Source: Salinispira sp. (GTDB taxonomy: Bacteria; Spirochaetota; Spirochaetia; DSM-27196; Salinispiraceae). Taken from it: 44,928 bases of DNA. The DNA lies in NCBI GenBank assembly GCA_965226555.1, contig CBDDDG010000025.1, positions 1 to 44,928 of the forward strand, read 5' to 3'. A program made the translations under genes and the position numbers. Positions 9,609-19,192 of the stretch are shown piece after piece; position 1 is the stretch's first letter, and every line of letters starts with the position of its first letter. The notes beneath the pieces are model-generated. The model was given only the letters and a program-made list of their open reading frames with translations. It ran no database searches and had not been told where the DNA came from.

Positions 9609-12600
9609 TTACTCCGCGCTCTCCGCACTCCCCGCCCTGTTCATAATAATCGGTTCGCGGCTCAGCCAGTCGCGCCATTGGTCGGTCATGGCGGGGTCAA
9701 TGCCGAGGGAGGCGGCGGCGGCGTGGTCGAGGGCTCTGCGGGCGGGGTCGGTTGCGCAGTACTCCAGGCGCTGCAGGGGCTCGCGTTTGAGTTCGTTGAA
9801 TGCGGAGTGGAGGGGCTTCAGGTCGGCATGGTCGGGGTGCGGGAGCATGAGGGTTGCGAGGGGTTCAAGGGCGAAGGCCGGGTAGCTGAGTTTTTTTGTG
9901 CGGCGGTTGAGCATTTGGATAATGCCGAAGGAGGAATTGAGGAAGGCGGCAAGGGCCTGTTCATACCGGGTGTTTCCGCGCTGCGGAGGGGTGAGAATGA
10001 TCGGGTACCATGCGGAGCCGAGGGCGGGGCGCGGACTGTGGAGGGACATGAGGCGGCTGGTGTTTGTGCTGAAGCGGGCGGTAATGAATAGGGGCGATGC
10101 CTGCTGCCAGAGCGCGTGTGCCCTTTGGGTTTTTTTGGCTCGGGGGAGGGCTTCGGTCTCAGGATCGGATTCCATGGTGTTCATAATGTGTTCGTTAATG
10201 GTGCAGAAGGCATTGGCTTTGCCCGGGTGGGACTCGCCTATTGTGTAGATGAAATTGCCGCGGAATGTTCGGGGAATATCTTTTATTGAGGCGATGTCGG
10301 CGAGCGCTATGAGTTTGGGTGGGGCGAGCAGGGGGATGTCGTGGGCGGTGTATGCGAGGTTGGGGTGGTACCACTGTACCGGTGTCCAATCGCCTTCGGC
10401 CATGCGCTCGGCGGGCCACAGTGTTTCGTTGTACAGCCCGTGGGCATTTCCGCGTTCTATGGCATGGAGCAGGCGATCTGCGGCTTCCATGTCGGCGGGA
10501 TACTTCGTGAGCTGAATGAAGCGGGTCGGCTTGCTGTTGCCTGCGCGGCGCCTGCCGAGAATGAGGCATTCGTGAATGGCAGTGTTTTCCGAAAAGGAAA
10601 ATACCTTGGGATCATGCGAGGTAATAATCATTTCAATATGATAATGCCGCGCGCAATATACACGTTCCGCCTGCCCATTTATGGCGGTGCAGGCAGTCGC
10701 AGGCACAACCTGAGCGATCCTGCCGCGGTCGGCGGGCAGCATGTTTTTAACCAGCGGGGTGAAGTATGGTCGAATGCTGCCCGAGACAATGGCCTCGGCT
10801 ATTTCGGGGGAATTTTCTGCCAGCCGCTTGTTTATGTATTGCAGACGTTCCCGCATGGCGGTGAGGGTGCCGCCGCCGTAGTGCGTGCTTTGCTTGTTGG
10901 TATTGGTGAAGGGCGGGTTATAGATGGCAGCGCTGAAGGCGGATGGAATGCGCAGCTTCTGTTCTTCCCGTTCCACATTCGCGCCGTACAGGGGCGCCGA
11001 CTCAAACAGGGTAAATTCATCGTCATCGGCATGCAACTTTTCCAGAGAACCGTGGCGGACATCCCGCACCGTATCGCCGCTGGTACCGGGGAGAGGTCCG
11101 TGCGGCAGGGTGTGGAGGTTAATTTTCTTGTAGTCGGTATCGGGGGCGCCAATGGTGAGGTTACAGGCCGCAAGCTGTATGCTGTACTTGTTAATGTCGA
11201 GACCATATATCGATTTTTCCACTAAGGACCTGTGCAATTCGCTCAGCTCCGTTTCATTGAGCCCCTGAGCCTCAGCGGCGCGCTTCTTAATAATGTTCAG
11301 CGCGGCCATGAGCAATGTGCCGGTGCCGCAGGCGGGGTCAATGACGCGCAGGTCGGCAACCTGACGGGCATTTTTCCAGTCGATAAACTGCTCATCGAAG
11401 GCAAGCCCCGCGAGCAGATATGCGGAGAGGTTTTTCGTGTAGAAGGCGCCATCGCTCTGCGCCTTGCCGAGTACCTTGTGGTACAGCGGGCCGGCATGGT
11501 CGAAGCCGAGGTCGTTCATGGATGCGGCATTGTCAATGGCGCATTGAATGAGTATGGTCAGGGCTCGTTCTATGTGATGCCTGCGCGACAGCTCCGTTAC
11601 GAGCGCAACGGCATCGAGAAAAATGGGGGCGTAGTCTCTCTGCAGAATAATGTGCCATGCCTCAATGAGTTTCTCACTGGGTTTTGCATGAAGGTTGGGC
11701 GCGCTTATGGGCTCAAGGCCGCTGAGGTTGCCGGTTTCTTCTAAGCGCCGGTGCATAATGCAGGCGTTGGCGATGAGGAGGGCGGCGGTTTTGCAGCTTT
11801 CCAATTCGTTGTCGCTGGGGGTGCCGATGGTTTCGGAAATGGTTTTGCTTACTCCCTCCTGCTGGAAAATGCGGGAGGCGCGTTCTATGGCCTGCGTTAT
11901 GGCATCGGCAAGAATTTTGCCTCGGTGGGCAATGCCGGCATTGCGGGCAATGTGCGCGAAAATTGCTTGTTTGGCATTTTCATCGAGAAGATCAAGCTCG
12001 GCCTGATAATCTTCAGGAGGCATGGTATCGCGCGCGGTGGGGTCATCGTTTATGGTGTCAAAGGTCAAACGTTCATTTAATTGGGTTTCAAGCCGTTCAT
12101 CGTGAGATTGCAGCGCCCGCAGAACAGCGCCGAGGCTTTTAAAGCGCGAATGATCCTCGGTAAGAACATCAATAATATCCATATCATCGGGCAGTATGAC
12201 GGGAACAATAATGTAGCCCAGCGCCTTTTCCTCGGCGCGGCGCATAACGCGCCCCACTGCCTGAATGGTATCCACCTTGCTCTGCCGCGGATCGAGAAAG
12301 GCAATGGCATTGAGGGAGCGCACATCCACTCCCTCGGTGAACAGGCGCGCATTGCTTATGAGGTGGGGCTCTTCCTCTGTCGCATCGTCATTAAGCCAGC
12401 GCAGCGCATCATTCCGCTGCAACGCGCTGCTGCTGCCGTCCAAATGTTTTGCTTTAACATTCAGCTCCCGATCATCTCCCTCCGCGCGACCGACCCACTC
12501 GCGCAGTTCCTTATCGTGCAATGCCCGTTTCAGCCACTGCGAACGGCGGATGTTGCTGGCGTAGGCAATGGTGCGCTTCAAAACCCCCGGAGAATTCTTT

Positions 12601-14033
12601 CCGCGCGTGTATCCATTAACGGCAAGCGCAATTGCGCCCAAGGCAAGAATTGCCTGTTCATCGGCTGCCTTGCCGGACTTGCCCTCATCATTCAGGTTCA
12701 ACAAGGCATCTACCAAACGGGATCCCATGCTTCCCTCGCGAATACCGAGCGCAATAACCCGATAATCGCAGAGCATATCGGCTTCGACCGCCCGCTTGAA
12801 TGTGAGGCGGTAAAACTCCGGCCCGTAGTTCTCCACACTGTTCATGTCGACAATTTCTATTTCAGGGTCTTTTTTCTTGCCAATGTCGTATATGCGCGGC
12901 GTGGCGGTCATGTAGAGGCGTTTTGTAATGTTGATTTTTTCCTCATCGTGAATAAGTTGAAACATTCCCCTGCGGTCTTCGGCAATAATGCCGGTTGTTC
13001 GGTGCGCCTCATCGATGAGGGCCAGATCGAAGGGAGGCAGCGCATATTCTCGCTGGGCATCGCAGAGTTTTTGTAAGGACTGATAGGTGCAGAATACGAC
13101 CCGGGCGCCGTGTTCGGGCAGCGGCGTCCGCAGTTCACGGGCAATTTCCTGCGGGTCGGTCGTTACAGCGCAGGAGAGTTCCTGTATGCCGATATCTTCC
13201 GAGCCGCTGCGCCCATGCTGCCCGGCGGTGGAATCGGAGCAGATAACGGTGCAGGCCAGCGGGCGGCGCGTATGGCGCAGCCACTCGCGGCGGGACTGTG
13301 CCACGAGGGCAATGGATGGTGCGAGAAACAGGATGTTCGGCGCGCCCGGCAGGAGTTTCTCCGCTATCCGCAGCGCGGTAAAGGTTTTCCCTGTTCCGCA
13401 GGCCATAATGAGTTTTCCCCTGTTATGGGCAGAAAGGCCCTGAACAACCGCATCTATGGCTTCCTGCTGAAGAGGCCAGGGCCTCCGCGGCTCGGGGCGC
13501 TCCCGGCTGTCGGGAATATCAACAGTAAGATATTCCCGAAAATCGATAACGCGAATGTTATGATCTCGAATAATGTGGGCCGCATGCTCGCTGTAGTCGG
13601 TAGTGGCAACGAACCAGCGCAGGGGGAAGGTATGCGGCTGGGAACCGGCAATGAATTTCTCAAGGTCGGCCTTTCCCACCCGGTATTTTTCATCGTAGCA
13701 CTTGCACTGTATGGCAACTTCCTGCCCGCCATTGAGCCGCGCAACAAGGTCAATACCGTAATCGGCGGCAGAAAGACTCCTCGCGGCCTGCCATTCCGAA
13801 TATGGCAGTATTTTCTGAATTTCCAGTTCGGGTATGAACGGAGCAAGCGCGCAGAACAGCCGCTCAAAGTATCCGCCCTTCGCCCGCTCTGTTTCGCTCA
13901 GCGCGCGAATATCATTCAGAATGTCGCCTGCCCTGCGCCCGGCGAATGGTATTGCCATCGTGTTGGCGCTGCCGTGCGCGGCGGTGCTGCCGGGCGCGCT
14001 GCTGCCGTTGGGCGCGCTGGTTTCATTATCCAT
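9609..14033 (-). CDS. Type ISP-like single-chain restriction-modification enzyme (Mrr-type nuclease, SF2 helicase, N6-adenine MTase, TRD)
   Basis: DYGIDLVA..IQCKCY; MACGTGKT; DEAH; TATP; QAVGRVMR; GAFYT; DPACGTG; NPPF. Confidence 0.85.
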   Translation of the reverse strand: MDNETSAPNGSSAPGSTAAHGSANTMAIPFAGRRAGDILNDIRALSETERAKGGYFERLFCALAPFIPELEIQKILPYSEWQAARSLSAADYGIDLVARLNGGQEVAIQCKCYDEKYRVGKADLEKFIAGSQPHTFPLRWFVATTDYSEHAAHIIRDHNIRVIDFREYLTVDIPDSRERPEPRRPWPLQQEAIDAVVQGLSAHNRGKLIMACGTGKTFTALRIAEKLLPGAPNILFLAPSIALVAQSRREWLRHTRRPLACTVICSDSTAGQHGRSGSEDIGIQELSCAVTTDPQEIARELRTPLPEHGARVVFCTYQSLQKLCDAQREYALPPFDLALIDEAHRTTGIIAEDRRGMFQLIHDEEKINITKRLYMTATPRIYDIGKKKDPEIEIVDMNSVENYGPEFYRLTFKRAVEADMLCDYRVIALGIREGSMGSRLVDALLNLNDEGKSGKAADEQAILALGAIALAVNGYTRGKNSPGVLKRTIAYASNIRRSQWLKRALHDKELREWVGRAEGDDRELNVKAKHLDGSSSALQRNDALRWLNDDATEEEPHLISNARLFTEGVDVRSLNAIAFLDPRQSKVDTIQAVGRVMRRAEEKALGYIIVPVILPDDMDIIDVLTEDHSRFKSLGAVLRALQSHDERLETQLNERLTFDTINDDPTARDTMPPEDYQAELDLLDENAKQAIFAHIARNAGIAHRGKILADAITQAIERASRIFQQEGVSKTISETIGTPSDNELESCKTAALLIANACIMHRRLEETGNLSGLEPISAPNLHAKPSEKLIEAWHIILQRDYAPIFLDAVALVTELSRRHHIERALTILIQCAIDNAASMNDLGFDHAGPLYHKVLGKAQSDGAFYTKNLSAYLLAGLAFDEQFIDWKNARQVADLRVIDPACGTGTLLMAALNIIKKRAAEAQGLNETELSELHRSLVEKSIYGLDINKYSIQLAACNLTIGAPDTDYKKINLHTLPHGPLPGTSGDTVRDVRHGSLEKLHADDDEFTLFESAPLYGANVEREEQKLRIPSAFSAAIYNPPFTNTNKQSTHYGGGTLTAMRERLQYINKRLAENSPEIAEAIVSGSIRPYFTPLVKNMLPADRGRIAQVVPATACTAINGQAERVYCARHYHIEMIITSHDPKVFSFSENTAIHECLILGRRRAGNSKPTRFIQLTKYPADMEAADRLLHAIERGNAHGLYNETLWPAERMAEGDWTPVQWYHPNLAYTAHDIPLLAPPKLIALADIASIKDIPRTFRGNFIYTIGESHPGKANAFCTINEHIMNTMESDPETEALPRAKKTQRAHALWQQASPLFITARFSTNTSRLMSLHSPRPALGSAWYPIILTPPQRGNTRYEQALAAFLNSSFGIIQMLNRRTKKLSYPAFALEPLATLMLPHPDHADLKPLHSAFNELKREPLQRLEYCATDPARRALDHAAAASLGIDPAMTDQWRDWLSREPIIMNRAGSAESAE

Positions 14034-14082
14034 ACATTATCTCCACTTCTTGCCACAGTATGAATTGTGCAGCGGGGTTGTT

Positions 14083-14112
14083 ATTCTACCATACACGGGA
14101 CGTTTCTGTATG
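14083..14112 (-). promoter_or_regulatory. extended -10 promoter cassette (TGGTAGAAT) upstream of the ISP-like gene
   Basis: 22 bp identical to 22375-22396; TGn-TAGAAT. Confidence 0.55.
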
Positions 14113-14203
14113 CAGATATTGAAGGAGAGAAATACCATAAACGAATTTTATCTCTTATCGAAACCGATTCATTCAGCAATGTAAAATCCCCACGCGTCCA
14201 TGT

Positions 14204-17164
14204 TCAATACCTCACCTCCGACAAGTTTGTTGCCACGTCATAATTAACGCCAAGTGCTTTGAAGTGCTGTTTGCCGCAGTAAATTTTGTCGGATTCGTGA
14301 AGGCGAAGGTTGTTGAGGTTTGTTGTGCCCTTTGTTTCGCGGACGAAGTAGAGCTTTTGGTCTTTTTCAATGACAAATGCCCAGTCGGGGTTGTAGGGGC
14401 CAATGGGGGTGTCGATGGTGAACCAGCGGGGCAGCTTTATGAATACGCAGACATGTTCGTTGTTGTCGAGGTCGCTGGCAAATTGCTTTTCTACCTGCGA
14501 GTCAAATTCTATTGCGTCATACAGGCATTTTTTCCGATGCCGCACCTCGTACAAATTGTGTGAATAGCGTTCAATGCTGTCTTCGGCGGTCGGTTTAATG
14601 CGGCTCATTTCCCAGTGGTCATTGTCAATTTTTTCATATTGAATGCCGTCTATCATGAGTTTTTGCAGGGCTATGGAGATTTCTCTGGCGGTCAGCGCCA
14701 TGAATTGTTGGGGGTTTTTGAGGAAGTCGGGAAGCCTGCCGGAGCGTGCCAATGTTTCCGCGAGGACTTTTCGGGGGAGCTCGGTTTCCTTTTGGAGATA
14801 TGCCAGAATATCGGGCAGAACCTTTACCGGCGCGGTAGTGTAGGAATCTTCATCTAATTTCACATCGGCGCTGACGCCGACATCGGATATATCGACCTCC
14901 ACCCGCGTCATGGCAATGCGCGCCTGCCGTATATCGTCCAATGCCTCAATGCGTTTTGCCGCCTCGGCAATGAGTTTCTTGGTGTCGAAGGTGACGCGGT
15001 AGCGTGTGCGGTGTTTAATTTTATTCCACAGGGCGGCAAATTCGGGGCTAAGTTGTGTTTGTTCATTAAAGGTCAGCGTTTTTTTGGAGCGGGCGTTCCG
15101 CACGCGGTTTTTGAAGATGAGGCGCTGCATCTCATCGATAATTGCGGGGCAAATGTCAGAATAGCGGGCATCAATGTTCAGCTCGAAATTATCGCTTTCA
15201 GGAGCAAAATGATCTTGTATGTCGCCCAATTCATTGATGTATCCTGACTCATGGAGATTTTTCCATATCGCCGCCGATTCCTCCTGTCCAATTTCGCTCT
15301 CCTTGCCGTTGTGGACGCGGATAATGTTGGCGAAGCATATTTTTTCAATGCGTCCGAAATGGATGCCAAAGTCGTTCTCGAATTCTTTCTGAAGCGATTG
15401 GGCAAAATCTTTGTATGATTCATTGGCAACAACCGTCAGGCGGTTAATGACTTCGTCATGCACGCGTTCCCCGTGTTTGTTGACCGGTAAGCGCAGACCG
15501 CGCCCAATTTCCTGCCGTTTCTTTGTGACGCTCGTTGTTTCGTTGAGTGTGCATATTTGGAATACATTCGGATTATCCCAGCCCTCGCGCAGGGCGCTGT
15601 GCGAGAAAATGAAGCGCAGCGGTTCGTTGGGATCGAGCAGGCCTTCCTTATCGCGCATAATGAGATGGTAGGTGTCATCGTCATCGCGGTTGCCGCGCTC
15701 TGTTGAGTCCTTCCATTGTCCGGCTCTGTCCCTGCTGAAATAGCCGTTGTGAATTTTCGCAATATCGCCCCCGGCTCCCGGCAGCTCGCGGACAAATGAA
15801 TGCCGGGGACGCGCGCTGAGTTCTTTATAGGCTTCCTCAAACCACCTGCCAATTTTTCCGAGACTGGTTAGGCCATTCTCATGGTAAACACGGTAGTTTG
15901 CGACCCTGTCAATGAAAAACAGCGATAACACCTTAATTCCTCTATTATGTAAGGCGCGTTCTTTCCTGAGGTGCTGTTCAATGGTTTCGGATATTTGCGC
16001 TTTCATAATATCATCGTTCAGGCTGCCCATTGCGATGCCGAGCTCAAGGAATGCGCCATTGCTGAATTCAATGCCTTCGGCGCCCGGGGTGCAGTCGATG
16101 TTTCGTACAATGTATCCATCGGAATACATCTGGCGCGTGCCTGAGGCAATAAACAGATCATCGCCCTGCTTTACCCAGAGGGAGGCGGGGCGGACACTGC
16201 CGTTTTTTTCACGGTGAATTTCCACCCGGGCCCTAATGCCGTTTGTGTTATCGGTTTGGAGCAGTTTTACGGATGCATCGTTACAAGCGTCGTCGGAACG
16301 GACTGAGGCAACCTCAATGTGCTTTACCAAACGCAGGTCGTAGGCGCGGATCGGGTCGAGCTTGTAGAGTAAATTATAGGAGTTCTTGTGGGTGGCCGAA
16401 TAGCGGAGGACGGCAACGGGGTTGAGTTTACCAATGGCGCGGCGAGCTTTTGGGGTGTTGTCCACGCTCTGGGGTTCATCGATAATAACAAGGGGGTTTG
16501 CTGCCTGAATAAATTCAATGGGTTTGCGGAAGGACATGTGCTCATTTTCACGGTTAATGATATTGAGCTTCTTCAGTTCATTTTCCGTCATCTCCGAGGC
16601 GTCTTTATCGGCAACATCCTTACTGAAGGACTGAATGTTAATGACCATAATTTGAATTTTGTTGTTGGATGCAAACTGGCGCACGTTATTGAGCTTTCGG
16701 GAGTCGTAGACAAAATAATTGAAGGGCGCATTGTCATAGAGGGTGAGAAAATGTTCTCTGGTCATATCAATGCTCTTCAGCACCCCCTCGCGTATGGCAA
16801 CACTCGGCACAACAATAATGAATTTTCTGAGTCCGTATTTCTCGGCAAGCTCGAAGATGGTTCGGAGATACACGTAGGTCTTGCCGGTTCCGGTTTCCAT
16901 TTCAATGGAGAATTCGCGCCCCTGAAGCGCAGGCGTTTTTTCAATGCGGTTGGACTCCTGCACCCTGCGGACATTTTCCAGAAATTGATCATCGCTCAGG
17001 GAGATGTTGTTGCCCAGCCCCAGTTCTGAGAGCTCCAGATCATCGCAGGCGGTGGAGCTCGTCTCAAAGGGAGACTGTCCAATGGGCTGACCATCGAAAA
17101 CTTCAAGCACGGCATTAATTGCTCTGCGTTGATAATCTAATGAAGGGTCAAATTTCAGTTTCAT
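14204..17164 (-). CDS. res: Type III restriction enzyme Res subunit
   Basis: MKLKF..., EMETGTGKTYVY, DEPQ, YSAT, SALREGWDNPN, QEIGRGLR, YNPDWAF..ETKG. Confidence 0.95.
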   Translation of the reverse strand: MKLKFDPSLDYQRRAINAVLEVFDGQPIGQSPFETSSTACDDLELSELGLGNNISLSDDQFLENVRRVQESNRIEKTPALQGREFSIEMETGTGKTYVYLRTIFELAEKYGLRKFIIVVPSVAIREGVLKSIDMTREHFLTLYDNAPFNYFVYDSRKLNNVRQFASNNKIQIMVINIQSFSKDVADKDASEMTENELKKLNIINRENEHMSFRKPIEFIQAANPLVIIDEPQSVDNTPKARRAIGKLNPVAVLRYSATHKNSYNLLYKLDPIRAYDLRLVKHIEVASVRSDDACNDASVKLLQTDNTNGIRARVEIHREKNGSVRPASLWVKQGDDLFIASGTRQMYSDGYIVRNIDCTPGAEGIEFSNGAFLELGIAMGSLNDDIMKAQISETIEQHLRKERALHNRGIKVLSLFFIDRVANYRVYHENGLTSLGKIGRWFEEAYKELSARPRHSFVRELPGAGGDIAKIHNGYFSRDRAGQWKDSTERGNRDDDDTYHLIMRDKEGLLDPNEPLRFIFSHSALREGWDNPNVFQICTLNETTSVTKKRQEIGRGLRLPVNKHGERVHDEVINRLTVVANESYKDFAQSLQKEFENDFGIHFGRIEKICFANIIRVHNGKESEIGQEESAAIWKNLHESGYINELGDIQDHFAPESDNFELNIDARYSDICPAIIDEMQRLIFKNRVRNARSKKTLTFNEQTQLSPEFAALWNKIKHRTRYRVTFDTKKLIAEAAKRIEALDDIRQARIAMTRVEVDISDVGVSADVKLDEDSYTTAPVKVLPDILAYLQKETELPRKVLAETLARSGRLPDFLKNPQQFMALTAREISIALQKLMIDGIQYEKIDNDHWEMSRIKPTAEDSIERYSHNLYEVRHRKKCLYDAIEFDSQVEKQFASDLDNNEHVCVFIKLPRWFTIDTPIGPYNPDWAFVIEKDQKLYFVRETKGTTNLNNLRLHESDKIYCGKQHFKALGVNYDVATNLSEVRY

Positions 17165-17237
17165 ACAGCGACCATCTTTTCAATGTTATGCGATTGTTTT
17201 CCCATGGCTATCCTCTCTGCGGTTGGTATTGCAACAG

Positions 17238-19130
17238 CTAAGAAAGCTCTGGTGGAATTTCATCAAAACTAAATGTTTTTATTGTATTTTTGAGAACTTC
17301 CATGAATGTTTTATTTCGCAACCGTGCATCGTTAATTACCGCATTCCATGAAAGAATATTGTAAACAACATTGAGAGAACTGTTACCCCTGATCCCAACA
17401 ATGTCATATTTATAAAAATATTCACTGTGGCCATGGAGTTCTCTGTATCCTGAAGTCTCCAAGGCAGTTTTTACTTTATCATTAATTTCTAAAATACTAA
17501 AGGTAAAAACCCTTCGTACACTGGGGTTACCATGGTCATGTATGGCCCTGATTCTCTCACCCATTTCCGATTGCAAAGAACTAACGTGACCCTTCTCGGC
17601 TTGTCGTTTTTTCAACTCAATTATAACAACATCTGCTGACTTGTCTTCTTCGTACTCCTCGGATAATAATATGAATATATCTGGTCTTCCATTATCGAGG
17701 ATTGATTCCACCATATCAGGTTCATCAAGACTACTGAAAATATTCCCAATGCGCTTATTTGAAAATGCTTTTTGGCATGACATGAATCGTTCATCAAATA
17801 TCCAAAAATTCGGTGAGTTCAGATGTATATAGTCGGAATTATTTTTATTCCATGAGGAATTCATTTTCATAATATAGTTATGAAAAAATGATTCTTTTTC
17901 GTCATGGGCATTCTCCAGTTTTGTTATAAGTAATTCTCTTAACATGATATATTGCATTAAATTTCTTGATGCAATGTTTTCTATTTTTGGAATGTATTTA
18001 TCGTCAATATCTTCAAGCCCTAATATTTTCTTTTGATGTTTGGCAAGTTCGGCCGTGCATTTCTCGTATAGTTTTTTTTCATCAGTACGCTTTGTACCTT
18101 GTGCATCCTCATCGGCCATTAGGTCACTAAGAAATGGGTAGGTTTTCTCAAAATTACTTCTTAGTTCAGTATTTTCCTCGTGTAGTTTATTTAACTCTTC
18201 GGCAAAGTATTCTCTACATAGTTTTTCGATTCCTTCCTTAATTAATTCATCAGTATCTTTGTCTATTTCAATTCTTGTTCCCGTTGAGTCTATATGTTCA
18301 TCAAAATAATCGGAGCCAACAAGTATTTCTGTTTCACTTACAGACCAGTCAAATGTATATTTTGTCTTATCCAGAACAAAATTCTCACTGAAATATCGTA
18401 CTTTTATCCCTTCTTTGGTTGAATGTTCTTTTTTCTTTATATAAACAATGAATTCCTGCTCATTTTCTTCGCCTAAGTCGATTTTAATATGCTTTGGTTC
18501 CCATATCTTATCTATTTTAATTTTTTTTCCATTCGCAATAACCTCATAATTGTGATTAATAAAAAATGGAAGAAACATTTCTCCTATCCATGATTCCCAA
18601 TCGTCCTGAAAAAATGCTTGGGCTTTTTTAAATTTCCGCGGTGTTGTAATGTATCCTGTGAGAGTTGTTCCTGGAGACCCTTCTTTTTTTAGGATTTCCT
18701 GATCTGGAATCATAAACAATGCATCTGTTGGTTGTGGATATTCAAATGAAATTTCAAAAAGCTGATTGTTGTTCATTCGATAACGGGTTGTATATTTTGC
18801 TCTGTCTAAGAAATAGCATAAGGCAAGGCGTCCCTGTCCCTTTGAAGCAAGTTTCTTTTCATATTTTAATGGATTTTTCTCATCAAGAATTTCAAAATAT
18901 TTCCTTTCACTGTCCGATATGCCGCAGCCAGTATCGGTTATGCGCAATTCTATCTTTGTATCATCAGTAATGTTAACTTCAATTTCAACTCGCGATTCAC
19001 GTTTATATTCATTCATGAGAATGGCATGGAAGGAATTAGAAAGAACCTCTTTCATAAGAATTTTAAATCCTTCTTTTTTGTGTTTGTATTCTTTTTCTGC
19101 CCTGTAATATTCATTGGATTTTTGAGACAT
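17238..19130 (-). CDS. GHKL (MORC/HATPase-like) ATPase with C-terminal PD-(D/E)XK nuclease
   Basis: EVLSNSFHA, ITDTGCGI, KGQGR, GTT Bergerat motifs; FWIFDER; RPDI...IIELKK; AT-rich. Confidence 0.8.
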   Translation of the reverse strand: MSQKSNEYYRAEKEYKHKKEGFKILMKEVLSNSFHAILMNEYKRESRVEIEVNITDDTKIELRITDTGCGISDSERKYFEILDEKNPLKYEKKLASKGQGRLALCYFLDRAKYTTRYRMNNNQLFEISFEYPQPTDALFMIPDQEILKKEGSPGTTLTGYITTPRKFKKAQAFFQDDWESWIGEMFLPFFINHNYEVIANGKKIKIDKIWEPKHIKIDLGEENEQEFIVYIKKKEHSTKEGIKVRYFSENFVLDKTKYTFDWSVSETEILVGSDYFDEHIDSTGTRIEIDKDTDELIKEGIEKLCREYFAEELNKLHEENTELRSNFEKTYPFLSDLMADEDAQGTKRTDEKKLYEKCTAELAKHQKKILGLEDIDDKYIPKIENIASRNLMQYIMLRELLITKLENAHDEKESFFHNYIMKMNSSWNKNNSDYIHLNSPNFWIFDERFMSCQKAFSNKRIGNIFSSLDEPDMVESILDNGRPDIFILLSEEYEEDKSADVVIIELKKRQAEKGHVSSLQSEMGERIRAIHDHGNPSVRRVFTFSILEINDKVKTALETSGYRELHGHSEYFYKYDIVGIRGNSSLNVVYNILSWNAVINDARLRNKTFMEVLKNTIKTFSFDEIPPELS

Positions 19131-19192
19131 GAAACAAGCATAACATAATTTGCCGACTGCTGCATCATTTATTGTCTTTTATTCTACCGCCC

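Noticed and set aside
9678..14063. Long plus-strand ORFs (up to 331 aa) opposite the ISP-like gene
   Set aside because: Antisense shadows of a GC-rich coding frame with no recognisable motifs
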